Below, piece by piece: positions 1 through 8,790 of a stretch of DNA of 64,000 nt. Made by a program: the position numbers and the translations under genes. The notes beneath the pieces are model-generated. The model worked only from the letters and a program-made list of their open reading frames with translations. It was not told the DNA's origin and made no database searches. Position 1 is the stretch's first letter. Every line of letters starts with the position of its first letter. The stretch is taken from IMG/VR virus record IMGVR_UViG_3300032116_022045. One strand, written 5' to 3'. Origin of the DNA: a virus. Its lineage: Duplodnaviria; Caudoviricetes.

Positions 1-233
1 AGAAGAACATAGTTGTCAGGTGAATCACTACCACCTAAACTATGTGGAACTATATGACATCTTTCTAATGAAGGGGTTTTATGTGATTTTCTAAATCTGT
101 CATCACCACAATTCCAACAGTGTGTGTGTGCATCGGCCCAATCGAAATTTAATTCTAGTTCACTTATATTACTATTTTTTATCCAGTAATCAGCAATATG
201 TTTTATAGTTGTTTTACAATATCTTGTCGCCAT
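1..233 (-). CDS. HNH endonuclease (partial, runs off the window start)
   Basis: Manual translation from ATG at 233: MATRYCK...HCWNCGDD...LERCHIVPHSLGGSDSPDNYVLL, i.e. CxxC plus H-IVP-x-S-x-GG-x-D-xxx-N HNH motif. Confidence 0.8.
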   Translation of the reverse strand, partial: MATRYCKTTIKHIADYWIKNSNISELELNFDWADAHTHCWNCGDDRFRKSHKTPSLERCHIVPHSLGGSDSPDNYVL

Positions 234-242
234 TATTATTAA

Positions 243-959
243 TTATTTTTTTCTACTTATTACCGAATCAATAATACCATATTTAAGTGCTTCATCAGCA
301 TTCAACCAAAGGTCCCTGTCAGCATCTTTCATAACTTGTTTTGCAGTTTTGTTTGTGTACTCACCAAGCAACCCAAATAATATTTCATTATATTTCTCAG
401 TTTCAGCAATTGTTAATCGCATGTCTTGAATAGTACCCCCCATTGAAGAAGAAACTTGGTGTAGCATAACTCTACTGAAACTTAAACTATACCTTTTACC
501 TTTGGTTCCAGCACCTAATAATACACTACCCATACTAGCGGCCATACCTGTGTTTATAGTGACGATATCAGAAGATATATAACCAATAACATCAACAATT
601 GATAAACCACTTTTAACGCTACCACCAGGTGTATCAATATGTAGAGTAATATCTTTTGTTTCCATATTATCAAGAAACATTAATTGTGCTTGAACAACCG
701 TGCTCATCCTATCGTTAACTGGTCCAGCTAACCATATAATCCTATCCATCATCATTCTATCAAACACTGACATTAGTGTTGCTCTGAATTCTCTTTCTTC
801 CAAAATCATCGGTGATAAAGAACCAAATACATTTACATTTGAATAAATGTTTTCTTGCAGTTTTTCCCAATAATATAGTTGCATACTGCTTATGCCCATG
901 TGTTTTGTTGCATAAGATTTGAATTCTTCATGCATACCAGTGTCTACTAAATTTTCCAT
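243..959 (-). CDS. clpP: ATP-dependent Clp protease proteolytic subunit, Bacteroidota-type
   Basis: DRIIWL, IDTPGGSV, AASMG (Ser), MLHQ (His), DRDLWLNADEALKYGIID (Asp); N-terminal EEFKSYATKHMGISS extension resembles Bacteroidota ClpP. Confidence 0.95.
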   Translation of the reverse strand: MENLVDTGMHEEFKSYATKHMGISSMQLYYWEKLQENIYSNVNVFGSLSPMILEEREFRATLMSVFDRMMMDRIIWLAGPVNDRMSTVVQAQLMFLDNMETKDITLHIDTPGGSVKSGLSIVDVIGYISSDIVTINTGMAASMGSVLLGAGTKGKRYSLSFSRVMLHQVSSSMGGTIQDMRLTIAETEKYNEILFGLLGEYTNKTAKQVMKDADRDLWLNADEALKYGIIDSVISRKK

Positions 960-966
960 TTTTTTT

Positions 967-1218
967 TTAATTGTTTAAACTTCTAACATAAATTGGTGTA
1001 TTTTCACCTAGCCAAGCACCTAAAATATTAAAATGATAATATTCTTCGGCTTCATCATATGACATATCATATTTATCGATTAATATTGATAACATTTTTT
1101 CTACATCATATGTTACAACTGGGTTTAAATTAATTCTTTCCGCAATACCTATTATTGCATCATCAAACCCATCACACATTAGTGCTTCTGGATTAATCAA
1201 TTCTATCTGTTCTTTCAT
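967..1218 (-). CDS. Conserved small phage hypothetical protein
   Basis: 83 aa; DGFDDAIIG...YDVEKM...EAEEY..FNI.GAW.GE.TP pattern recalled from many phage hypotheticals. Confidence 0.7.
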   Translation of the reverse strand: MKEQIELINPEALMCDGFDDAIIGIAERINLNPVVTYDVEKMLSILIDKYDMSYDEAEEYYHFNILGAWLGENTPIYVRSLNN

Positions 1219-1221
1219 ATT

Positions 1222-1413
1222 TTATTTAATAACTTCAATTTTAATTATTCTATCATCAGAAGAAAAATTTAACGGACTATCGTTAAAATTATCTGATATA
1301 AATCTATATGCTGCTGTTGGATTACAATTAAATTCGTCATGAAATGTTTTCTCGTCAATCATTTCTGTACAATCAAACTCAACTGTTATTCTAAAACCAA
1401 TATTCTTTTCCAT
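1222..1413 (-). CDS. Hypothetical protein
   Basis: 63-aa ORF tightly packed in the minus-strand operon. Confidence 0.6.
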   Translation of the reverse strand: MEKNIGFRITVEFDCTEMIDEKTFHDEFNCNPTAAYRFISDNFNDSPLNFSSDDRIIKIEVIK

Positions 1414-1415
1414 GA

Positions 1416-1952
1416 TTAATTATTAAAGCATTTCCTACATATAGGTATATAAGTTTTTTTATCACCGATATACATCAAATCAGTATTATTAACCATTCTT
1501 TTAGAATAGTTTGCCAAATTTTTCTTACAGACCATACAAATTGAATTAATCTTATCAACTTTATCAGCAATTGAAAATAATTTAGACATTGTTATAAACG
1601 GATTTCTTTCATAATCCAAATCTAAACCACTTATTATTATTCTTTTACCTTCATCAGCCATTCTTAATACAATCTTGTATAAATCTTCATCAAAGAATTG
1701 AGCTTCATCTATTGCAATAACTTCATAATCTTTACTCTTATTGTAGATATCATCAATGTTATCGACAACAACAGCTTGTAATTCACCACATAAATCATGT
1801 GTTGCTATTGCATTATTTTCCTTTTCGTTTCTACTATCAATGTTAGGTTTGAAAACAATGAAACTTGTTTCAGAAATTATAACTCTTTTAATTCTTCTAA
1901 TCAACTCTTCTGTTTTACCTGAAAACATAGGGCCACAAATAACCTCAATCAC
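1416..1952 (-). CDS. tdk: Thymidine kinase
   Basis: GPMFSGKTEEL Walker A, IDEAQFF, SGLDLDYERNPF, Zn-binding CMVC...CRKC. Confidence 0.95.
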   Translation of the reverse strand: MIEVICGPMFSGKTEELIRRIKRVIISETSFIVFKPNIDSRNEKENNAIATHDLCGELQAVVVDNIDDIYNKSKDYEVIAIDEAQFFDEDLYKIVLRMADEGKRIIISGLDLDYERNPFITMSKLFSIADKVDKINSICMVCKKNLANYSKRMVNNTDLMYIGDKKTYIPICRKCFNN

Positions 1953-1954
1953 TA

Positions 1955-2395
1955 TTACCTCCCTGTTCTACTTAAAGATTCGTCTTCAGATTGGTTTTCA
2001 GCATCGTAAAGACTTTTAATTGTTTCTCTAACATTTTCAATAACTTCAAATGTATGTTTTCTTAAGATACCGCTATGAGCCAAAAAGTCTGGTTCAGTAA
2101 TTAATACTTTATCTTTATCCATGTCATAAGCGATATATGCTACAGCTTCTTCAGCAACAATCATTTTTTGCACATCGGTTAATTGTTCAAAAATGTTTTG
2201 ATTAATAATAATGATAACATCATCACCAGTTCTGTACTTTAACAAATCATTAGCCCTCATAACTTTAAAAATCTTTTTTGATTTGTTATCTGCTAATAAC
2301 TTAATGTTTACACTTGGTGGTAATGTTGATTGGTTAACAACCACTTCATCAAATAAACTTTCAATGTCCTCATAAGGTTCTTCAAATCTTGCCAT
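1955..2395 (-). CDS. Hypothetical protein (possibly a degenerate phage metallopeptidase-like fold)
   Basis: 146 aa; DVIIIIN...LTDVQKMIVAEEAVAYI...PDF resembles the family layout but lacks HExxH. Confidence 0.5.
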   Translation of the reverse strand: MARFEEPYEDIESLFDEVVVNQSTLPPSVNIKLLADNKSKKIFKVMRANDLLKYRTGDDVIIIINQNIFEQLTDVQKMIVAEEAVAYIAYDMDKDKVLITEPDFLAHSGILRKHTFEVIENVRETIKSLYDAENQSEDESLSRTGR

Positions 2396-2427
2396 AATTA
2401 CTTTTTTTTTAACTTGTTATTTATAAT

Positions 2428-2551
2428 ACAAATATACTAATAATAATCGAACTAAACAAAAAAATGTTTTAATTTCGTGATATTTTTATTCTAAAATACT
2501 GTCGTAATTAAATACATATCAATTAGTTATAAAAATGTATTGCGTATAGCC
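2428..2551. repeat. 124-bp dispersed repeat, copy 1 (partner 25904..26027)
   Basis: Manual ungapped alignment, 112/124 identical. Confidence 0.95.
2429..2460 (-). promoter_or_regulatory. Bacteroidota sigmaA-type promoter (-33 TTTG / -7 TAnnTTTG)
   Basis: Minus strand TTTG-N20-TATATTTG upstream of ORF 1955..2395. Confidence 0.8.
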
Positions 2552-2568
2552 TGTTGTTATGTGCAAGG

Positions 2569-2853
2569 CTACAGTTCAATTTCAATCAAAGATGTTTCGA
2601 CAAGTTCAAACCAGCATTGATTATATGAACCGCTACCATCATCTTCCCAATTTCTTTTAAAGCCAAGCATATACCATTCTTCTGCCTTTAAATCTTTAGT
2701 ATCAATTTCATTAACCGATTCCCAAAGTTTATCAAAATCTTTTTTTACCAATGTTTCATTATCTCCAATTGAAGCAACTCTCAAATCAAATTCTTCAAAA
2801 GAAATTGAGCCATCAACTACGCTACTGTGTGTATAAATTTCAACGTAAATCAT
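2569..2853 (-). CDS. Hypothetical protein (cassette-like)
   Basis: 94-aa ORF flanked by attC-like boxes; ends in TAG. Confidence 0.7.
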   Translation of the reverse strand: MIYVEIYTHSSVVDGSISFEEFDLRVASIGDNETLVKKDFDKLWESVNEIDTKDLKAEEWYMLGFKRNWEDDGSGSYNQCWFELVETSLIEIEL

Positions 2854-2893
2854 TTCATTTCAAATTAAATTTAGTGCTGATAAACCGCCCAGC

Positions 2894-3023
2894 ACATAAC
2901 ATCGGTTTGGCAAAATTGGGGTTGACTTTTTTCTATCATTTTTTGTAGTTATTTAAACATTAGTAATTTTTATCTGTTTTTGTAGGTATTATCACACACT
3001 TCACCAAACTGTAGTCATTAGGT
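2894..3023 (-). repeat. Degenerate attC-like imperfect palindrome (~130 bp)
   Basis: Plus strand ACATAAC-ATCGGTTTGGCAAA ... TTCACCAAACTG-TAGTC-ATTAG; one terminal box degraded (ATTAG instead of GTTAG). Confidence 0.45.
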
Positions 3024-3206
3024 TTAATCATTAATTTGTTTTGAATCATCTATTGGTTTCACATCTGGAAGTTCGTTTATCCCCTGTTTTCCAATTGACT
3101 CAATAACATTCAACATTGGATGGTCTTTATCCATTTCAGTAAGTCCATCTAATAGACCACTCTCTTCCCATTTTTTGATAATTTCTTCTTTTCGTTTATT
3201 TTCCAT
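3024..3206 (-). CDS. Small hypothetical protein with a KWxxSGLLDGL motif
   Basis: 60 aa; has its own TACCTTTG promoter box at 3221-3228. Confidence 0.65.
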   Translation of the reverse strand: MENKRKEEIIKKWEESGLLDGLTEMDKDHPMLNVIESIGKQGINELPDVKPIDDSKQIND

Positions 3207-3220
3207 ATTTATATTTTTTA

Positions 3221-3228
3221 CAAAGGTA
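3221..3228 (-). promoter_or_regulatory. Bacteroidota -7 element
   Basis: TACCTTTG 14 nt upstream of ATG 3206; no well-spaced -33 box. Confidence 0.5.
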
Positions 3229-3246
3229 AAACAAATTAATGACTAA

Positions 3247-3300
3247 ACCTAACAAATGATAAACAACATTAAAACGATTGTTTATCATCGGACGTTATAA
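3247..3300 (-). repeat. Short attC-like palindrome (54 bp)
   Basis: Minus strand TTATAAC...GTTAGGT ends; perfect 11-bp inner arms ATGATAAACAA (3256-3266) / TTGTTTATCAT (3278-3288); the TAA stop of ORF 3295..3633 lies in the TAAC box. Confidence 0.6.
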
Positions 3301-3633
3301 GCCATTTTGACGAGCTACTACAACCATTCCGACCTCTGGATGATATTGGATAGCACATTTATATTCAGCAGCTAATTGATAAAACTTTTCAAGAAACTCC
3401 TTATGCTTACCTTCTGGAGTGTTGTGGTTAAGTTCAATCCTTTGCCCTTCTAAACTTGCTTTTCTTAACCCTATTTCAATTCCGTGTTTAATTCCTCTAT
3501 CCCAAGTTTCTCTCATTTCAACTTTAGAGTATTTATGAGTTCCAAAAAGCAAACTTAATCCGCTTTCTTTTTCTTGAAAAGATGTATCTCCTTTCATTTC
3601 TTCTCTGAAAATGTGTTCAATTCGTAAGTCCAT
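3295..3633 (-). CDS. Hypothetical protein (cassette-like)
   Basis: 112 aa, bracketed by two attC-like palindromes. Confidence 0.7.
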   Translation of the reverse strand: MDLRIEHIFREEMKGDTSFQEKESGLSLLFGTHKYSKVEMRETWDRGIKHGIEIGLRKASLEGQRIELNHNTPEGKHKEFLEKFYQLAAEYKCAIQYHPEVGMVVVARQNGL

Positions 3634-3661
3634 TTATTTTTGATTTGTGAAGAAAAACGGC

Positions 3662-3793
3662 TTATAACAGCACATTGCCAAAAGTGGCGGTTTAGTGCTA
3701 ATATCAACTGTTGTGCTTCGGTTTAACATTTGTGTTTATATCAAGTTTAGTGCTTCGATTTCGCCACCTTCGGCAATCTGCGGAACGTTATAG
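3662..3793 (-). repeat. Long attC-like palindrome (132 bp)
   Basis: Plus strand TTATAAC-A-GCACATTGCCAAAAGTGGCG ... CGCCACCTTCGGCAATCTGC-GGAAC-GTTATAG; arms pair 17/20; GC-rich arms in an AT-rich genome; the stop of ORF 3788..4045 lies in the TAAC box. Confidence 0.7.
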
Positions 3794-4045
3794 GTAATGC
3801 TTGACGAACCTATCTACTTTTGCTTGGCATTCTGCTTTACCTAAAAATTTTTGATACCATACCATTTGTTTAGTCTTTGTTTCAATTACAGCAATATCCA
3901 TAATTAACCCTTCATCACTTCCATATTCTAATGATTTAATTGCATCTTCAATAGTATTATGTTCATTATAATCAGTAACACCGAATCTATCAAAAATTGA
4001 AACAAAAGCACTACCTATAACAACAGGTTGTTTATTACTACTCAT
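3788..4045 (-). CDS. Hypothetical protein (cassette-like)
   Basis: 85 aa; stop overlaps the attC-like box. Confidence 0.7.
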   Translation of the reverse strand: MSSNKQPVVIGSAFVSIFDRFGVTDYNEHNTIEDAIKSLEYGSDEGLIMDIAVIETKTKQMVWYQKFLGKAECQAKVDRFVKHYL

Positions 4046-4053
4046 TTTTTTAG

Positions 4054-5046
4054 TTATTCGGTTATATTGTTTTCAATAATTCTTAATTTATTTATCACTT
4101 CTTTTTGTTCTTCTGTTATGCTTTTTGGTATTGATATATCAGCAATAACAAATAAATCACCACGTGAATTGCTTTTAAATTTATTTAATCCTTTTTGTGG
4201 TATTCTAAACATTTTATTTAATTCAGTATGTTCTGGTATGTTAATTCTTATTTTACCACCATCAATCGTTTCTATATCTATTTTATCACCTAATACTAAT
4301 TGGTCATATCTTAGCTTAACATTTAACTTTAAATCATCACCAGACCTAACATACGTGTCATGTGGTAATTCTTTAATTCTGACGATTAGATTACCATTTA
4401 TACCATTCCTAACAGCATTACCTCTACCATTTATATTAAAACCCATATTTTCAAAAACACCTTTTGGTATTTCTAATTCTATTTCGTCTGTTATCTTTTT
4501 AGTACCACTACCATTACAATCACCACAAACATCCTCATAAACAATACCATCACCTTCACAAACATTACAAGTTGTTGCTTGTTGGAAATAACCAAATGGT
4601 GTTTGTGTTACATTAATAATAACACCATCACCATTACATTTAGGGCAAGTCTTAGAATTTGTACCACCATGACCATTACATGTTTTACAACTATCCAATC
4701 TATCAAATCTATATTTGTTTTTTACACCATTATGTATCTCGTTAAGATTTAATTTAATTTCTAATAAAACATCACTACCAATCTTTTGTGGTTTCGCAAA
4801 ATCATTAAAATCAAATATTGAACGTCTTTTTTCTGTACCAAATCTATCATAATTTGACCTTTTTTCATCATCAGATAATACACCATAAGCCTCAGATATG
4901 TCTTTAAATTTTTCTTCAGCTTCTTTGTTGTCAGGATTCTTATCTGGATGATATTGCTTTGCCAACGTTCTATAGGCTTTTTTAATCTCATCCTTTGTTG
5001 CATCTTTAGCAACGTTTAAAATAGCATAATAATCTTTCTTTGACAT
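4054..5046 (-). CDS. dnaJ: DnaJ chaperone
   Basis: J domain with HPDKN, four CxxCxGxG Zn repeats, C-terminal GDL...IPEHT...RIPQKG domain. Confidence 0.95.
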   Translation of the reverse strand: MSKKDYYAILNVAKDATKDEIKKAYRTLAKQYHPDKNPDNKEAEEKFKDISEAYGVLSDDEKRSNYDRFGTEKRRSIFDFNDFAKPQKIGSDVLLEIKLNLNEIHNGVKNKYRFDRLDSCKTCNGHGGTNSKTCPKCNGDGVIINVTQTPFGYFQQATTCNVCEGDGIVYEDVCGDCNGSGTKKITDEIELEIPKGVFENMGFNINGRGNAVRNGINGNLIVRIKELPHDTYVRSGDDLKLNVKLRYDQLVLGDKIDIETIDGGKIRINIPEHTELNKMFRIPQKGLNKFKSNSRGDLFVIADISIPKSITEEQKEVINKLRIIENNITE

Positions 5047-5065
5047 AGCTTTATTTACTTTTTAA

Positions 5066-5097
5066 CAAAAATACTATATATTTATGATATAAACAAA
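5066..5097 (-). promoter_or_regulatory. Bacteroidota sigmaA-type promoter for dnaJ
   Basis: TTTG-N20-TATTTTTG on the minus strand. Confidence 0.75.
5078..5085 (+). promoter_or_regulatory. Putative phage late promoter motif ATATTTAT
   Basis: 16 nt upstream of ATG 5102; the same motif precedes many structural genes. Confidence 0.5.
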
Positions 5098-5101
5098 CAA
5101 A

Positions 5102-5758
5102 ATGACATATAGAGTAGTTTTATTAAGTAATGGTGAATATAAAAAAACCTTGTATAGATGTAAAACAAGGGAATCAGCTTTCATAAAATTCCATAAATTA
5201 AAAAAAGCTAATAATGTTTATTTCCCTAAAAAATACTTAAACACAAAAAAAATAAAACCAGTTAAGTTTCAAATATGTGTAACTAAACCTACTGAAGATA
5301 CAGATACTTTTAGATTACTAAGAGATGATTATGGTAAAGTATATGTAGAAAAACCATTAGGTGATTGGACTATATTACATTCTGATTCATACGAAGTTGA
5401 AGAAAAATTCTGGATATTCGGACATGACTCTAAAAAAAATAGACCAACAATTAAAGAAATTGTTAAAAAACTAATGGTTAACGCATATTCAGCTAAATTA
5501 GTGAAACAAGTAATCGTAGTTAATAACAAATTAGTTATTTATAACGAAACAGACTTTGATTTAGTCCTATGCAAAAACACTGAAGATGCACAAAGATTAC
5601 ATCATACACTACATAAGATAGCCAAAAAACATAGATATAGACATCTTATGTTTATGGGCACTGCCAGTAAATATATGATAAGTGTTATGTATGACTTAAT
5701 AGTTGAAAAAACAGGTTGGGATTACCCAAAAGTTAGAAGAATGACCACAAGACCTTAA
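5102..5758 (+). CDS. Conserved hypothetical protein
   Basis: 218-aa ORF with no long competing ORF; convergent with 5760..6224. Confidence 0.75.
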   Translation: MTYRVVLLSNGEYKKTLYRCKTRESAFIKFHKLKKANNVYFPKKYLNTKKIKPVKFQICVTKPTEDTDTFRLLRDDYGKVYVEKPLGDWTILHSDSYEVEEKFWIFGHDSKKNRPTIKEIVKKLMVNAYSAKLVKQVIVVNNKLVIYNETDFDLVLCKNTEDAQRLHHTLHKIAKKHRYRHLMFMGTASKYMISVMYDLIVEKTGWDYPKVRRMTTRP

Positions 5759-5759
5759 A

Positions 5760-6224
5760 TTAACTTTCAAGTGGTTTAGTGGAATCAATTGAAAAAGTAG
5801 TTTTTATATCATTAATAATACCATTTATCCTTTCCATATCTGGTTCTGAAACAATTACAGGGTTTATACACTCAATTCTTTCAACACCATCTGTTGGTAA
5901 AAAGAATGCTAAAACATTTGATTGTTTCTCATGTAACATTCTATTAACAGATTCAGCAAAAGGACCAATAATTTCTTTATTAGCCATTAAATCCCTATCA
6001 AGATAAAAAACTAAAATTAATGGATGTGGATTAGTAAATTCTTTTTCAATAACATCACTTAACTTGTAATCCTCACCTTCAAAATAATTTGATAGATATT
6101 CATTAACTATATTGTTAACCTCTTTCTTATCTTTAGCGATTGTTGCTTGTACATTAACTTTATTATGACGATAATAAACGATAATGTCACTATTGCTTAA
6201 TTGTTTAATTACTATTCTTTTCAT
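5760..6224 (-). CDS. Hypothetical protein
   Basis: 154 aa; LILVFYLDRDLM...FFLPTDGVERIECINP. Confidence 0.7.
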   Translation of the reverse strand: MKRIVIKQLSNSDIIVYYRHNKVNVQATIAKDKKEVNNIVNEYLSNYFEGEDYKLSDVIEKEFTNPHPLILVFYLDRDLMANKEIIGPFAESVNRMLHEKQSNVLAFFLPTDGVERIECINPVIVSEPDMERINGIINDIKTTFSIDSTKPLES

Positions 6225-6227
6225 ATC

Positions 6228-7658
6228 TTACAAACTTATTTTTGAATATCTTTCTGAGTTAACAATATCTAACATTATTTTTTCTGGTGAATAGTCAACA
6301 TCACCTAAAATATTTTTAAGTAATGTTGGTGAAAAACCACTAACTAAACAAACACCACTCTTATCGTATTTTACTGGGAAATTATTATTAGCACCATTTA
6401 AATTCCAGTAAATAACACTAGGCATTTTATAACCAGCATCATTATACATCCTTTCAATCATCTCTTGTGCAGATGTATTATATTTAACACCTTGATTAAA
6501 CTGCATATCTGACAATATCACAAGTGTATCTGGCATTTCATCAGCTGAAACTTTGTTTTTAACAGCTGAATTTAATACTAAATTGAAAACACTCTCTAAA
6601 TTGGTTGACATACCCCAATGAGAATTGCTCATTTGGATAAACCTTTCACTTAAAGTACCTTTAAGTATTTCTAATGTCGGTGATGATGAAAATGTAACAA
6701 AACCATCTTTAAATAACCCTTGATTTCTTTCAGAAATGTATATACCTAAAGATATAGCAACATCTAAACATGTTATTGTTTTACTACTACCAGCAGGACA
6801 TGACATAGAACCAGAAACATCTACGATAGGTAATAGTCTTTTTTTATTACCTTCCATATAATTAGGTAATGAATTCCATTGAACATCCGCACCATCTTTA
6901 TTACCATAACGCATATTTTTAATAATATCGTATGGATATACTGCACCAGCTTTAATAGTGGTTTTACCTGTCTTAACATCATTAATAAAAGATAAAAATC
7001 TTTCTTTATCATGTCTAATAAATACTGACATGTAATCACTCATGGCTTTTGATGGTATTTTATTATATTCAATAGAACCCCATTTATTAGAACACATAAG
7101 TTGTTCAACAGTATTTGACAAGTCACTTAGTAATATTCTATATTCTTTAGGTGACAATCCTAAACTTTTTCTAATTTGATTAGCCCAACGTTTTTTATCT
7201 TTATTATTAACATTAGGTCTTGGTAACCATTTTGCACATAACCCGTCTTTGGCTTTTAAACCCTCTCTAATGAGCGTTAATACGTTATCCTTTGCCTTGG
7301 TATCAATCAAAGGTAACATGTCATCCCATCGCCCATATTCGCTAATTAAATGGATATTATTAATTAACGTATTTAAATCGTTATCAGCAAGGTAAGTAAT
7401 AACATCTTTAAAGATTTGACGTTCACCTGCACCTTCTCTTACATCACGACTCCAAAATAAAATTTTAAGTGCTATTAATTTATTCTCATGGTATGCTTTA
7501 ATGAAGTTATTCATCAACGTTTGCTTATTGTGTTTACCTCTTAACGCACCAATACTGAAAAACAAATCAACACAATGATTGCTTGTCGTACTATTAGCCA
7601 ACATACCATTTGTTGTTAGCGTATCATTACTTGTCATACCGTTAAATAAGTTACTCAT
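6228..7658 (-). CDS. DUF2828-like / TROVE-like vWA-domain protein
   Basis: RDVREGAGER, EYGRWDD, AKWLPR, VDVSGSM (MIDAS), SDMQF, YWNL, VSGFSP. Confidence 0.8.
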   Translation of the reverse strand: MSNLFNGMTSNDTLTTNGMLANSTTSNHCVDLFFSIGALRGKHNKQTLMNNFIKAYHENKLIALKILFWSRDVREGAGERQIFKDVITYLADNDLNTLINNIHLISEYGRWDDMLPLIDTKAKDNVLTLIREGLKAKDGLCAKWLPRPNVNNKDKKRWANQIRKSLGLSPKEYRILLSDLSNTVEQLMCSNKWGSIEYNKIPSKAMSDYMSVFIRHDKERFLSFINDVKTGKTTIKAGAVYPYDIIKNMRYGNKDGADVQWNSLPNYMEGNKKRLLPIVDVSGSMSCPAGSSKTITCLDVAISLGIYISERNQGLFKDGFVTFSSSPTLEILKGTLSERFIQMSNSHWGMSTNLESVFNLVLNSAVKNKVSADEMPDTLVILSDMQFNQGVKYNTSAQEMIERMYNDAGYKMPSVIYWNLNGANNNFPVKYDKSGVCLVSGFSPTLLKNILGDVDYSPEKIMLDIVNSERYSKISL

Positions 7659-7680
7659 AAGTCGTTTTTAAATCTTTATA

Positions 7681-7713
7681 CAAAGATACTACATTTTAAA
7701 CCTAAAAAACAAA
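7681..7713 (-). promoter_or_regulatory. Bacteroidota sigmaA-type promoter
   Basis: TTTG-N21-TATCTTTG upstream of ATG 7658. Confidence 0.75.
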
Positions 7714-7729
7714 TTTTTTTTAAAAAAAA

Positions 7730-7954
7730 TTAAGGTAATTTAACAAATTTAACTAATATCCCATCAATCTCTACCTCAAACTCATCATTTGGTGTGAATG
7801 TCTTAGAATATTGATTAGTTTGTCTGAATAATTCTTCGTTTAACGCTGTATGTTCTTGATTTGTAAGGCTATAAGTTAAAGTTAACCCATTTTTATAGAT
7901 ATTAGGTTCTTGGATAATAGCTGATATTGTTTCTATTAGTTTTTCGTAAGTCAT
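7730..7954 (-). CDS. Hypothetical protein
   Basis: 74-aa ORF in operon. Confidence 0.65.
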   Translation of the reverse strand: MTYEKLIETISAIIQEPNIYKNGLTLTYSLTNQEHTALNEELFRQTNQYSKTFTPNDEFEVEIDGILVKFVKLP

Positions 7955-7956
7955 GA

Positions 7957-8178
7957 TTAAATTGTTTTGAAAAAATTTTTAATTGATTCTTTTAATTTAA
8001 CGTACCATGGTTTTTTTATTATTTTTATGGTTGTTAAATTTTTTTTCATTTCATCACCTAAACCATTTTTTAATTCGTTAATGAATTGTTGTTTTTTTAA
8101 AGAAGTCAAATACTCGTCATTTTTTGCTTCTTTTTCAAGTTTTTTAAGCTCTCTTACTAATAAGTCTTTATTATTCAT
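7957..8178 (-). CDS. Hypothetical protein
   Basis: 73-aa ORF, ATGA overlap with the Nudix gene. Confidence 0.65.
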   Translation of the reverse strand: MNNKDLLVRELKKLEKEAKNDEYLTSLKKQQFINELKNGLGDEMKKNLTTIKIIKKPWYVKLKESIKNFFKTI

Positions 8179-8708
8179 ATTTTAATTATTTTTTCTTTCA
8201 TATCACGGTATAAAGGTAACGGTATTCTTTTTTTTGAGAACCATCCACATTTTAGATTTTCATCATCTAATTTAGCTTTAAATTCATCTTCAGTAAAACC
8301 TTCATAATAATGAAATGTAACCCCATCATCATTTTTAACCACATTTATTTTTTTAAAATCAATTATATCAGGGTTTATTGAGATTTCTTCTTTTATTTCT
8401 CTCTTTAACCCTTCTAAAATATCTTCATTTTTTTCTATATGTCCAGCAACACATGACCAAGTTGGTTTTTTATCATTTCTTAATAATAAGAATATTCTAT
8501 CAGTTGATAAACATTTAATAAGTACTCCAGCGGCAACATTTGGTTTTGTTGAATAATTATTAGAATTATCATGACCACATTTATGGCAAACATATTTATC
8601 ATGTTCATCAGAGTCTACTGTATTCCAAGACCAACCACAGCTTGAGCAATTAACTATTTTATTTATTTCTTCTTTTAATAGTTTAGTTATTATAATTTTG
8701 TTGTCCAT
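8175..8708 (-). CDS. Nudix hydrolase with N-terminal leader and Zn ribbon
   Basis: Nudix box GHIEKNEDILEGLKREIKEEISI; CSSC...CHKC; N-terminus IIITKLLKEE. Confidence 0.88.
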   Translation of the reverse strand: MDNKIIITKLLKEEINKIVNCSSCGWSWNTVDSDEHDKYVCHKCGHDNSNNYSTKPNVAAGVLIKCLSTDRIFLLLRNDKKPTWSCVAGHIEKNEDILEGLKREIKEEISINPDIIDFKKINVVKNDDGVTFHYYEGFTEDEFKAKLDDENLKCGWFSKKRIPLPLYRDMKEKIIKI

Positions 8709-8790
8709 ATGATTTATTTATTTATTTATTTAAATAAATATTTACAAATATACTAAAAAAAATATAATTTATATATAGTTAACAAAGATT

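Noticed and set aside
3662-3793. GC-rich palindrome as a tRNA or simple terminator
   Set aside because: No cloverleaf, T-loop or CCA; the arms are ~70 nt apart with no U-tract. Kept as attC-like instead. No tRNA or rRNA was recognised anywhere in the window.
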